Below are positions 1 through 8,520 of a stretch of DNA of 64,000 nucleotides, piece by piece. Origin of the DNA: Janthinobacterium lividum (GTDB lineage Bacteria; Armatimonadota; Armatimonadia; Armatimonadales; Capsulimonadaceae); NCBI GenBank assembly GCA_050954545.1, contig JBPBQB010000288.1, positions 1,291-65,290 on the forward strand. Direction: 5' to 3'. A model generated the notes under the pieces. It was given only the letters and a program-made list of their open reading frames with translations. It did no database searches and had not been told where the DNA came from. A program made the translations under genes and the position numbers. Within the stretch, counting starts at the first letter, position 1, and each line of letters opens with the position of its first letter.

Positions 1-142
1 TGACATACCACCATTCAATGTTGACATCGCTATGCGCGGCCACTCCGAAAGCACCTGCCGGAGCAGGGGGAGGCGGTGCGGCAGAAACGGCTTCGCTGAA
101 GACCGTGCAGACGAGAACGAGCGCGAGATAAAGCGAGCGCAT
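1..142 (-). CDS. hypothetical exported protein, 5' part only (continues past left edge)
   Basis: Reverse-strand ATG at 142-140, then MRSLYLALVLVCTVFSEAVSAAPPPP...NIEWWYV. N-terminus looks like a signal peptide and the frame is open to position 1. Not in ORF track because there is no stop in the window. Confidence 0.4.
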   Translation of the reverse strand, partial: MRSLYLALVLVCTVFSEAVSAAPPPPAPAGAFGVAAHSDVNIEWWYV

Positions 143-219
143 AACAGTAGAGGCTTTCTAAAGAGCAAAGATGAACTTGATTATACCCAGTCCCGTGGGC
201 TTCGGCTTCTCTGCTAATG

Positions 220-249
220 TTGACTTCGCAGCGCGTTTCAGGCTATATT
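220..249 (+). promoter_or_regulatory. sigma-70-like promoter TTGACT-18-TATATT directly abutting surE ATG
   Basis: TTGACT 220-225, TATATT 244-249, ATG at 257 (7 nt after -10). No room for a Shine-Dalgarno. Confidence 0.35.
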
Positions 250-256
250 AAGTCCA

Positions 257-1024
257 ATGCGTATTCTCCTGACCAACGATGACGGCGTTCATGCTGACGG
301 CCTCTTTGCTCTCTATCAAGCCTTGTCGGAAGTCGGCGTGGTGACTGTTGTCGCCCCGGAGCGGCAGCAAAGCGCGACCGGCCATGCGATCACACTGCAT
401 AAGCCCCTGCGCCTGTCGCCGGTGCTGCTTCGGGATGGCTCCGCTGCATTTTCGTCCAATGGGACGCCGTCTGACTGCGCCGCGCTCGGCATTCTGGAAA
501 CGATGGGCGGGGAAGTCGATCTGGTCGTCTCCGGCATCAACCATGGCCCCAATCTTGGCTGGGATGTTCACTACTCAGGAACAGTCTCCGCCGCCATCGA
601 AGCTGCCATGATCGGCAAGCCGTCGATTGCCGTCTCTGTCGCAAGCTGGGACGACAACATTCACTGGGAGCCTGCCGCAAACTTCGCCGCCCAGGTTGCT
701 CGGCGTCTGCTTGCCCAGCCCCTGCCGCCAAACACGATTCTGAACATCAATGCTCCCAATCTGCCCCAATCGGAGCTGGCCGGCGTCGCCGTCACCACCC
801 AGGGACGGCGGCAGTATGTAGACCGCATCGAGAAGCGCCTGGACCCCGTGGGCCGTCCCTACTACTGGCTTGGCGGCTCGCTGGCTGAAGAAGCCGCCGG
901 AGCCGAAGCCGGTTCCGATGTCCGCGCCGTCGCCGACGGCAAGATTTCCATCACGCCGATCCATTTAGATTTAACCGCTTACTCGCTTTTGCCGTCTTTG
1001 AAGGAATGGGACAGCTATAATTGA
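257..1024 (+). CDS. surE: 5'/3'-nucleotidase SurE
   Basis: N-terminus MRILLTNDDGVHADGL matches the SurE signature. Length 255 aa. Confidence 0.9.
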   Translation: MRILLTNDDGVHADGLFALYQALSEVGVVTVVAPERQQSATGHAITLHKPLRLSPVLLRDGSAAFSSNGTPSDCAALGILETMGGEVDLVVSGINHGPNLGWDVHYSGTVSAAIEAAMIGKPSIAVSVASWDDNIHWEPAANFAAQVARRLLAQPLPPNTILNINAPNLPQSELAGVAVTTQGRRQYVDRIEKRLDPVGRPYYWLGGSLAEEAAGAEAGSDVRAVADGKISITPIHLDLTAYSLLPSLKEWDSYN

Positions 1025-1038
1025 GCGCCGCTTTGCTG

Positions 1039-1189
1039 CATCACTGGAACCGGCACTGGAAGTGCCGGTCTACTCTTGAATGGAAGTCACTACGCGACTA
1101 AAGACTAGCCTTTATTGGCAGGTTCCGCAGTGTCGGAGACACTTTGATGCAACAGTAGGCCGGCACTTCCAGTGCCGGTTCCAGTGATG
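1039..1189. repeat. perfect 30-bp inverted repeat (1039-1068 / 1160-1189) around a 91-bp spacer
   Basis: CATCACTGGAACCGGCACTGGAAGTGCCGG and its exact reverse complement. Each arm also contains its own small hairpin, CCGGCACT..AGTGCCGG. Confidence 0.9.
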
Positions 1190-1206
1190 AAATCTCCATT
1201 AAAAGG

Positions 1207-1434
1207 ATGAGAGTTATGGCTTTCACATTTACAGCCGTTTACCAAAAAGCGCCTGAAGGCGGCTACATTGGTTTTGTAAAAGAATTGCCAGGAACCAATA
1301 CTCAGGGTGAAACGCTGGAAGAAACACGTGATAACTTGCAGGAAGCGGCTGCCCTCGTTTTAGCAGGAAACCGTATACTCGCTGAAGAGGCTCTTGCAGG
1401 GCAAGAAGCTATCCGTGAACCCCTACATCTATGA
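1207..1434 (+). CDS. hicB: HicB-family antitoxin-like protein (no hicA seen)
   Basis: FTAVYQKAPEGGYIGFVKELPGTNTQGETLEETRDNLQEA resembles the HicB/UPF0150 N-terminal domain. 4-nt overlap with lysC start. Confidence 0.7.
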   Translation: MRVMAFTFTAVYQKAPEGGYIGFVKELPGTNTQGETLEETRDNLQEAAALVLAGNRILAEEALAGQEAIREPLHL

Positions 1435-2807
1435 CAGATACACAACATAATTCGTCTTCTACTAATCCGCCGCACAAGCACCCTCGCCCGATTGTCGCCA
1501 AGTTCGGCGGCTCATCAGTGGCCGATGCGGATCAAATCCGTAAGATCGCCGCGATCGTTCATGCCGATCCCCGGCGGCGGTTCGTGGTCGTGTCTGCGCC
1601 GGGCAAGCGGACGGACAAAGATAAGAAGATCACGGATCTGCTCTATCTCTGCCACTCGCTTGGAGAACAGGGGCTGGATGCCTCCGCGCCGTTCGCGATC
1701 ATCAAAGAGCGCTACTTAGGCATCGCGGCGGATCTGAACGTGCCGGGTGCGTGGGAATGGCTGCGGGACATCGGGCAGCAGATCGCATCGGGCGCGGCGA
1801 AAGACTGGGTGGCATCGCGCGGCGAGTACCTGAGTGCGCGGATCATTGCCGAGTTTTTGGGCGGCGAGTTTGTGGACGCTGCCGACAGCGGTATCCGGTT
1901 CGGCACAGATGGCCGGTTCCATCCCGGCGAAAGCTATGGGCGGCTCGGCGCTCGGCTTCAGTCCGTTCCCGAGGGCAAGATCGCCGTCATTCCCGGTTTC
2001 TACGGCCAGGACACCCAGGGCAAGATCAAGTGCTTCTCACGCGGCGGTTCCGATGTCACCGGTGCGATTGTTGCCCGTGCCGTCCACGCCGCCATTTATG
2101 AGAACTGGACCGATGTGTCCGGGCTTCTTATGGCCGACCCGCGCCTCGTCGAAAACCCCTGCGCGATCGAGGAAATCACCTACCGGGAGCAGCGCGAGCT
2201 TTCCTACATGGGCGCGACCGTGCTGCACGATGAGGCAGTGTTCCCTGTCCGTGAAGCCGGTATCCCGATCCATATCAAGAACACGAACGCCCCGGAAGAC
2301 CCCGGCACACGCATTGTCACTCAGCGGGATTCGCGCAATACCAGCGTGGTCGGGATTGCCGGACGTAAAGGCTTCGCGACACTGTTCACCGAAAAAGCTA
2401 TGATGAACCAGGAGCGCGGCTACGGGCGCAAAGTGCTGGAAATTCTCGAGTCGCACGGCATTTCCTATGAGCATTCGCCGACCAGTATCGACACGCTTTC
2501 GGTGATTTTGACCGACGAAGAGCTCGACGGCAAAGAAGCCGAGGTCGTCGCCGAAATCCAGCGCGTCGTCCAGCCTGACCGCATCGAAGTCCAGCGCGAC
2601 ATGGCCATGCTCGCTGTCGTTGGTCAGGGCATGGTTCACCGGGTCGGCATCGCCGCCCAGGTCTTCGCGGCTCTGGCAGGCGCAGGCGTTAACATCCGCA
2701 TGATCAACCAGGGTTCCAGTGAGCTAAACATCATCGTCGGCGTCCCCGCCGACGACTACGAAAATGCCATCCGTGCCATCTACGACGCATTTGCGGGACA
2801 GGAGTAA
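1431..2807 (+). CDS. lysC: aspartate kinase
   Basis: KFGGSSVAD kinase motif, 458 aa, C-terminal ACT-like region. Confidence 0.9.
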   Translation: MTDTQHNSSSTNPPHKHPRPIVAKFGGSSVADADQIRKIAAIVHADPRRRFVVVSAPGKRTDKDKKITDLLYLCHSLGEQGLDASAPFAIIKERYLGIAADLNVPGAWEWLRDIGQQIASGAAKDWVASRGEYLSARIIAEFLGGEFVDAADSGIRFGTDGRFHPGESYGRLGARLQSVPEGKIAVIPGFYGQDTQGKIKCFSRGGSDVTGAIVARAVHAAIYENWTDVSGLLMADPRLVENPCAIEEITYREQRELSYMGATVLHDEAVFPVREAGIPIHIKNTNAPEDPGTRIVTQRDSRNTSVVGIAGRKGFATLFTEKAMMNQERGYGRKVLEILESHGISYEHSPTSIDTLSVILTDEELDGKEAEVVAEIQRVVQPDRIEVQRDMAMLAVVGQGMVHRVGIAAQVFAALAGAGVNIRMINQGSSELNIIVGVPADDYENAIRAIYDAFAGQE

Positions 2808-2814
2808 GTTCACT

Positions 2815-3582
2815 ATGGCGTATGTTCCTAAAATTCCTGTAGAGGCCCCTGATTACAAAATCTGTTCGGACTTTATAATAGGGCAGATTTCAGCAATTAT
2901 GGCAGATGCCCTAAGTGTCGGCAACAACAAAATTTTTATTCACACAAATCTAAAGCGTGGTTTACCTCTCGAAAACATCAACAAAATTGCCGGACCTTTT
3001 GTTGAAGCCTGGGCAATGGAGCAGTTTGAGAATATCGCGGATATATTTGACAACGCTTACAAATTAATTTACGCAGAAGCAGGAAGGCGATTAGATGCAC
3101 ATGACATCATTTTACAATTTCGTCGCGCTGACAAACAAGCAGGATATGTCTCCGCTTATGTTGATGTCAAAGCAACTGCAGAGGATATATTAAGTTCAGG
3201 GAAAAGCCCGAATATCACTTCATATGCGCGTATCCGCTCTGAGTATATCAATGACCCTGACTATATCTTTATTGTTCTCTCGCTAAAGCATCGTGTTTTC
3301 AGTGAAAAGCAGAAAGATACGGGAATGACGAATGGTATTATGGAAGTCGTGTCATACTCTGTTTACGATCTGAAATTTATTTCTGAGGCCGACCTAAGTT
3401 ACAACCCTTCTCTCGGAACTGGTCAGCTTCAGATTCGGGATATTCATTATGTCCAGCTCGTTGCAAGAACAACTTGGGACTTCTGTCAGATGCTCGACGC
3501 GAAGTTTATGCGATCGCGTTCGCGGGGCGAAGAAGGCTGGTTGCTGATGGCCAAGAAGTATGGATGGGTAAAGGAGATTTAG
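2815..3582 (+). CDS. putative type II restriction endonuclease
   Basis: ATG 7 nt after lysC stop. Ends 4 nt before the methyltransferase gene. Possible PD-(D/E)XK elements (AHDIILQF ... YVDVKAT). No family recognised. Confidence 0.5.
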   Translation: MAYVPKIPVEAPDYKICSDFIIGQISAIMADALSVGNNKIFIHTNLKRGLPLENINKIAGPFVEAWAMEQFENIADIFDNAYKLIYAEAGRRLDAHDIILQFRRADKQAGYVSAYVDVKATAEDILSSGKSPNITSYARIRSEYINDPDYIFIVLSLKHRVFSEKQKDTGMTNGIMEVVSYSVYDLKFISEADLSYNPSLGTGQLQIRDIHYVQLVARTTWDFCQMLDAKFMRSRSRGEEGWLLMAKKYGWVKEI

Positions 3583-3586
3583 TGGC

Positions 3587-4435
3587 ATGGAAGCAGAAGC
3601 TATAGAAACTGACCGGCTGATTTGCGGCGATGCCGTTGCAGTAATGAAGACACTGCCCAGCGGTACGGTCGATTTGATTATCGCTGACCCTCCTTACAAT
3701 TTAGGTAAGGACTATGGCAACAATACTGATCGGAAAGCTAGGCACGAGTACGAAGAGTTTACGACACAGTGGCTAGAGGAAGCTGTTCGGCTCTTGAAGC
3801 CTAACGGTTCTATCTATGTCTTTATGGGTGTTCGGTTCATTTCCAGCCTGTTTCTCATGATGGAGGATAGATGCCAGTTAATTTTCAATGGATGGATTAC
3901 TTGGCACTATACACAAGGGATGGGAAGAAAGCTCGGATTTTCTCCAAGGCATGAGGACATTTTGTATTTTACTAAAAGCACAAAATTCATTTTTAATGTG
4001 GATGACGTAAGAATTCCACAGAAGTACTTTCGCAAGCGCAACAATATGAGTGGTGCCAACCCAGGCGACGTTTGGCAGTTTTCTCATGTTCATTATTGTA
4101 GCACGGAGCGTCAGGAGCACCCAACCCAGAAACCGGAAGCACTGCTGGAGCGCATCATTTTGGCTTCAAGCAACGAGAAAAACGTGATTCTGGATCCATT
4201 TGTTGGCAGCGGAACAACCTGCCGTGTCGCGAAATTATTGAACCGCAAATGGATCGGAATTGAGATCAACCCAGAATACATTTCTATGAGTACTAAACGT
4301 ATAGAAGACTCTAGTTATCAATTGGACTCTGTTGACCCTCGTACTTTACGGACTCCCAAAGACTTGCCAAAGGTGCCATCAGCATCACTGGAAACTTCTT
4401 TATCAACAGGCATTCTATCTCTCCCAGGTTTATAA
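3587..4435 (+). CDS. beta-class DNA N6-adenine/N4-cytosine methyltransferase
   Basis: Motif IV IIADPPYN near the N-terminus and motif I ILDPFVGSGTT near the C-terminus (beta-class order). Confidence 0.9.
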   Translation: MEAEAIETDRLICGDAVAVMKTLPSGTVDLIIADPPYNLGKDYGNNTDRKARHEYEEFTTQWLEEAVRLLKPNGSIYVFMGVRFISSLFLMMEDRCQLIFNGWITWHYTQGMGRKLGFSPRHEDILYFTKSTKFIFNVDDVRIPQKYFRKRNNMSGANPGDVWQFSHVHYCSTERQEHPTQKPEALLERIILASSNEKNVILDPFVGSGTTCRVAKLLNRKWIGIEINPEYISMSTKRIEDSSYQLDSVDPRTLRTPKDLPKVPSASLETSLSTGILSLPGL

Positions 4436-4441
4436 TGGCAT

Positions 4442-4593
4442 CCCAAGTTTTCGCGGCTCTGGCAGGCGCAGGCGTCAACATCCGCATGATCAACCAGGGT
4501 TCCAGCGAGCTAAACATCATCGTCGGCGTCCCCGCCGACGACTACGAAAACGCCATCCGTGCCATCTACGAGGCATTTGCGGGACAGGAATAA
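4442..4593 (+). pseudogene. duplicated lysC 3' end (last 50 codons plus stop), non-functional copy
   Basis: About 95% identical to 2656-2807 by hand alignment. No upstream lysC body. Confidence 0.9.
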
Positions 4594-4812
4594 GCCATGA
4601 GCTTGATTTGGGAAATGGTAAAGAGCGAAAGGAAAAACAAAAGTTTTTTCGGCGGGGTGATCTCCCCAATGTGGCGAACGAAAGTCCCTGGCGGATGGTT
4701 TATCATGATCGTTGGCCCATCGGATGCCGCCTTCTTCTACCCAGACCCGGAGCACCTCTGGGATGGTTCTTCGCTGCCATAGAGGTACAAAAGATGGCAG
4801 GGGGTAACGCCG

Positions 4813-5124
4813 ATGGTATCATCTATAGCTACAACAGATTTAGGTCAGTTACTTCAAGAAAAGCGTGAGGAAATCCTGCGGATCGCAGAACGGCACGGAG
4901 CGTACAACGTGCGTGTCTTTGGCTCGGTTGCACGCGGCGAGGCGGGGCCGAACAGCGATGTGGATTTTCTGATAGATGTCGGGCCAGTGCATTCGGCTTG
5001 GTTTCCCGGCGGTCTAGTTGTTGATTTAGAAACTTTGTTAGGCTGTCGTGTAGATATTATCACGGCGAATGCTCTGCACTGGTTCATACGCGACGAAATT
5101 TTGGCCGAGGCGAAACCGCTCTGA
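4813..5124 (+). CDS. nucleotidyltransferase-domain protein (MNT-type antitoxin-like)
   Basis: GSVARGEAGPNSDVDFLID polymerase-beta-type NTase motif. 103 aa. Confidence 0.8.
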   Translation: MVSSIATTDLGQLLQEKREEILRIAERHGAYNVRVFGSVARGEAGPNSDVDFLIDVGPVHSAWFPGGLVVDLETLLGCRVDIITANALHWFIRDEILAEAKPL

Positions 5125-5148
5125 AAAATTTATGGACATGTTTATGCC

Positions 5149-5706
5149 ATGACACGCAAACGCAAACTGCTTTTGTTTTGTTTTCTGCCGATCTCGGTTT
5201 TCTTTGCTGTGCTGATTGTGATTGGCCTTGTTCGGTTTGTAGAAGAGCCTCGGCGTGAAATAGGAACGACGGGGGCTTCTATTCTGAAGGGCGCGGAGCG
5301 GGTAGAGGCGTTTCGGCTGGACGACGGCGGGGACGGAGACCACGTAAAAGAGGGAACGTCTGGGGATGAGATCGCGGACTATCCCATCAAATCTCAAAGC
5401 AAGACTTTAGGGCCGCACTTTGCCGCGAAGCTAGCGCAGACTGTAATGGATCCGCGGACTTTTCTTGGTCCCAGCGACACTTCCTGCGAAATCAACCCCG
5501 GTGTCGCATTTCGAGCCTGGCAGGGACAGAAGTGCGTTGAAGTGATTATTTGCTTTCACTGCCAGCAAATGTTGATTACGACGAAAGATGCACAAGGCCA
5601 TGAGACTCACTCAGCATACACTCAAATGACAGCCATGTGTGCTGAATTCCTGGCGCTTGCCCGGGAGGCATTTCCTGGAGACAAAGAAATCCAAAGCCTT
5701 AAATGA
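5149..5706 (+). CDS. hypothetical membrane-anchored protein
   Basis: N-terminal hydrophobic helix LLLFCFLPISVFFAVLIVIGLV. 4-nt overlap with the next gene. Confidence 0.5.
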   Translation: MTRKRKLLLFCFLPISVFFAVLIVIGLVRFVEEPRREIGTTGASILKGAERVEAFRLDDGGDGDHVKEGTSGDEIADYPIKSQSKTLGPHFAAKLAQTVMDPRTFLGPSDTSCEINPGVAFRAWQGQKCVEVIICFHCQQMLITTKDAQGHETHSAYTQMTAMCAEFLALAREAFPGDKEIQSLK

Positions 5707-6497
5707 CACACCCAATTTCTACACATTTAATCGTCGGCGCTTCTAGCGGGATCGGGCGGTCGCTTGCCCTAGCACTGGCGCGGGAGCGGCGGCATGTGAC
5801 GCTGGTTGGGCGGCATGAAGGGCGTTTGACGCGAGTGGCCGAGGAAGTGAAGATGTTCGGCGGGGAGCCGCTGGTCGCGATCTCAGACGTTCGTGATCCG
5901 GTGTCGATCCAGGCTGCCCTGGCACAGATCGTGCTGCGTCGAATGCGGATCGAGCTTGCCGTGCTGTCATCAGGAGTTGGTTTAACGACCAATGTCGAAG
6001 ATTTTACCGCCGATACGCTGGAAACCATGCTGGAGACCAACGTGCTGGGCGTCGCCCGGTGGCTGGAAGCTCTGCAGCCGCTGCTGAAGGCGCAGCCGGG
6101 GGGCGCAACTGTTGCGGTGCTGTCCAGTCTCGCTGCCGACCGGGCGTTTCCCGGAGCCAGCGCGGGCTACTCGGCCAGCAAGGCCGCGCTTTCCCATCTG
6201 TGTGACGGTCTGCGGGCTCCGTGGGCCATGCAAAATATTCGGCTGGTGACAGTCGCACCGGGCTACATTCGCACACCGATGACGACGGAGCAGGCCTGGA
6301 TGCCCTTCTTGATGGAACCCGAGGACGCGGCGCAAGTAATCTTGGAAAGCGTTCGGGCAGGTCAGCGGGTCGTTCGCTTTCCCAGGGCCGCGTCGCTGCT
6401 GACCAGCACGATCCGAAGACTCCCGCCGTCGCTGCTTGACCGTTTGTATCAGATCAAAGCGCCGGGCGGGGTTCGAGTCGGGAACGAGCGGGAATAA
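5703..6497 (+). CDS. short-chain dehydrogenase/reductase (SDR) family oxidoreductase
   Basis: VGASSGIGRSLA cofactor motif and YSASKAAL catalytic motif. Confidence 0.85.
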   Translation: MTHPISTHLIVGASSGIGRSLALALARERRHVTLVGRHEGRLTRVAEEVKMFGGEPLVAISDVRDPVSIQAALAQIVLRRMRIELAVLSSGVGLTTNVEDFTADTLETMLETNVLGVARWLEALQPLLKAQPGGATVAVLSSLAADRAFPGASAGYSASKAALSHLCDGLRAPWAMQNIRLVTVAPGYIRTPMTTEQAWMPFLMEPEDAAQVILESVRAGQRVVRFPRAASLLTSTIRRLPPSLLDRLYQIKAPGGVRVGNERE

Positions 6498-6545
6498 TCC
6501 ATCGTAGAATTTAAAGGCGCAGAATTGACAGGAGTATTTTTCACT

Positions 6546-7274
6546 ATGCAGAAGTTCTTTTCTTCTCACGCAGCAGTCTCAGCCCTGGCGCTGATGACTG
6601 TCTGCGGCGCGGCCCATGCCGATCTAAAAGTCGTGCAGACAACCAGCATCGATAGCCCGCAACTCAAAGCTTACGAAGAGACCATGACCCCGCAGCAGAA
6701 GGCGTCTATGGCAAAGTCCGGCAACCCGCTGTTCCAGAACGGCCCGCAGCAGACGACTGTTTACGAACATGGTAGGCAGATAAGAACCGACATCGGCTCG
6801 ACCAGCTACCTAATCAACAGCGCAACCCGCCAAACGATAACTCTGAACCGCCGCATCCGAAATTACACGACACAACCTTATCGAACACCGCCCACAACAG
6901 GCCAGGGAACAGTAAACGTGAAAGACACAGGGCAGACTAAGACATTCGCTGGCCATCTCGCTCGTCACTATCTGCTGACTGCCACCCTGGCAGCTCAACC
7001 CGGCACACTTATTCAAGGCGATATTTGGGCCGCTTCGGATATTCCCCAGCCCACAATGCTGTCGACTGGGTCCGGCCCGTTCGCGGTTCTTCAAAGCCTG
7101 TTTCATAAGATCAAAGGTTATCCGCTAAAGTCGACGCTGACTGTCACCGGCAGCCCGCTCGGCAACACGACTGTCACCACCAACGTGGTTTCGGTCTCGA
7201 AGTCCCCTCTGCCGGATTCGCTGTTTTCGATCCCGGCCGGCTACACAAAATCGGCAGCGGAAGCACGCGGGTAA
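6546..7274 (+). CDS. hypothetical exported protein
   Basis: MQKFFSSHAAVSALALMTVCGAAHA signal-peptide-like start. AGGAG lies 10 nt upstream of ATG 6546. Confidence 0.6.
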   Translation: MQKFFSSHAAVSALALMTVCGAAHADLKVVQTTSIDSPQLKAYEETMTPQQKASMAKSGNPLFQNGPQQTTVYEHGRQIRTDIGSTSYLINSATRQTITLNRRIRNYTTQPYRTPPTTGQGTVNVKDTGQTKTFAGHLARHYLLTATLAAQPGTLIQGDIWAASDIPQPTMLSTGSGPFAVLQSLFHKIKGYPLKSTLTVTGSPLGNTTVTTNVVSVSKSPLPDSLFSIPAGYTKSAAEARG

Positions 7275-7284
7275 AGAGGGGATC

Positions 7285-7455
7285 CCCCCACCCCCGCCGC
7301 TTCGCGTCGACCCCTGCCCCCGCAAGCGGGAGAGGGGTGAAGATTTGGAAGTGAAGTTAGGAGGGAAGCTTTTGCTTCTCTCTTGTCTTAATCCTGTTCC
7401 TACCCCTCTCCCGCTTGCGGGGGCAGGGGTCGACGCGAAGCGGCGGGGGTGGGGG
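7285..7455. repeat. perfect 54-bp inverted repeat (7285-7338 / 7402-7455), 63-bp spacer
   Basis: CCCCCACCCCCGCCGCTTCGCGTCGACCCCTGCCCCCGCAAGCGGGAGAGGGGT and its exact reverse complement, between convergent genes. Confidence 0.95.
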
Positions 7456-7458
7456 CTC

Positions 7459-8520
7459 CTACAGCTTCTTCCCAAAGAACTTCTGCATAGCAGGGTAAAC
7501 GACTTCCGGCGGCGGAACATGACCGTACTGCGGATACCAGACAATCTGCTTGGGATCGTTTGTGGCGTCGAACAGTTCCTGCTGCGCCTGCGGGACGATG
7601 GTCGTGTCTTTGCGGCCTCCCAGCATCAGCAAGGGGCGGGGCGCGATATGTGGCGCGAATGTCAAGGGATCTTCGGGAGCCAGCAAAACGCTGAGGCTAG
7701 CCCAGTTGATATTCTTGAAGGCGGACGTGCTGTGGCCACTTACCGTCGCATTATGCGCCGACAGCGTTTTCAAAATCAGCCCCCAGTCTCCGCCGCCGGA
7801 AACCAAAACAGTGGCTTTGATCCGCGTGTCTACTCCTGACACCACGGTGCCGATGATCGCGCCGAGCGAGACGCCGACGAGGCCGATGCGCTTGCTGTCG
7901 ATTTCCCCGCGTGTCGCCAGATAATCTAGCCCGCGCCGGACATCGACTGTGGTCTGTAATACCGTTGTCGCCAGCTCCTGTGCCTGCTGACCGGGAACGG
8001 TCTTCAGCGGCCCGCGATCTCCCTGCCCGTATTCATCGATCACCAGTGATGCATAGCCCATCTTAGCCGCCGCAAGCGCCATGCCCGACATGATCTCCTT
8101 GCTGCCGCCGAGTCCATGCAAAATCACAAGGCAAGGCATCGCTGGCATGTCGCGATAATTTTTCACGCCGATTGGCCTCGTTGGTGAAAACAGCAGGGCA
8201 GGGACACGCTGACCATTTGTGCTGAGATATGAAAAGCGCAGGAACTGAGCGTCACCAATCTTCTGCACTGCTCCCAATTTGACTGCCAGTGGCTTCGACG
8301 TGTCATATTGGTACGACGGTAGGGCTTTCTGATAGACTGCTGCGCGGTCGATGGTCGGAGTTTGGGCATGAACAGGTGCCAGAAGCAAACAGAAAAGCGT
8401 CAGAAAGAAGGCATGGGAATAAATTCCTACGCTGTGGGTCGCGGACGCCAAATTTCGACCTTCGTCGAGAGGGAGCGGAATATCATTGCTGTCCGGTTCC
8501 CTGTCCGCGAAGGCGGACAT
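7459..8520 (-). CDS. alpha/beta hydrolase (dienelactone hydrolase / S9 peptidase-like)
   Basis: LVILHGLGGSKE, nucleophile elbow GVSLG, C-terminal YGHVPP. Start uncertain: the ORF is open to 8718, the in-frame ATG at 8520 is chosen here, and a signal-like segment FFLTLFCLLLAPVHA follows. Confidence 0.7.
   Translation of the reverse strand: MSAFADREPDSNDIPLPLDEGRNLASATHSVGIYSHAFFLTLFCLLLAPVHAQTPTIDRAAVYQKALPSYQYDTSKPLAVKLGAVQKIGDAQFLRFSYLSTNGQRVPALLFSPTRPIGVKNYRDMPAMPCLVILHGLGGSKEIMSGMALAAAKMGYASLVIDEYGQGDRGPLKTVPGQQAQELATTVLQTTVDVRRGLDYLATRGEIDSKRIGLVGVSLGAIIGTVVSGVDTRIKATVLVSGGGDWGLILKTLSAHNATVSGHSTSAFKNINWASLSVLLAPEDPLTFAPHIAPRPLLMLGGRKDTTIVPQAQQELFDATNDPKQIVWYPQYGHVPPPEVVYPAMQKFFGKKL

Larger units (their letters stand above)
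2808..4441 (+). mobile_element. two-gene type II R-M cassette bounded by 152-bp direct repeats of the lysC 3' end
   Basis: 2656-2807 repeated at 4442-4593 (7 mismatches by hand). Interior visibly more AT-rich. Contains only the R and M genes. Confidence 0.65.

Noticed and set aside
1069-1159. Remnant of a hicA toxin gene between the inverted-repeat arms
   Set aside because: None of the three forward frames gives anything resembling the HicA double-stranded-RNA-binding fold consensus, and stops are frequent.
4597-4782. 61-aa ORF just after the duplicated lysC tail
   Set aside because: It is short, has no recognisable motif and has no convincing SD. It may be real (WFIMIVGPSDAAFFYPDPEHLWDG looks protein-like), but I cannot support it without homology evidence.
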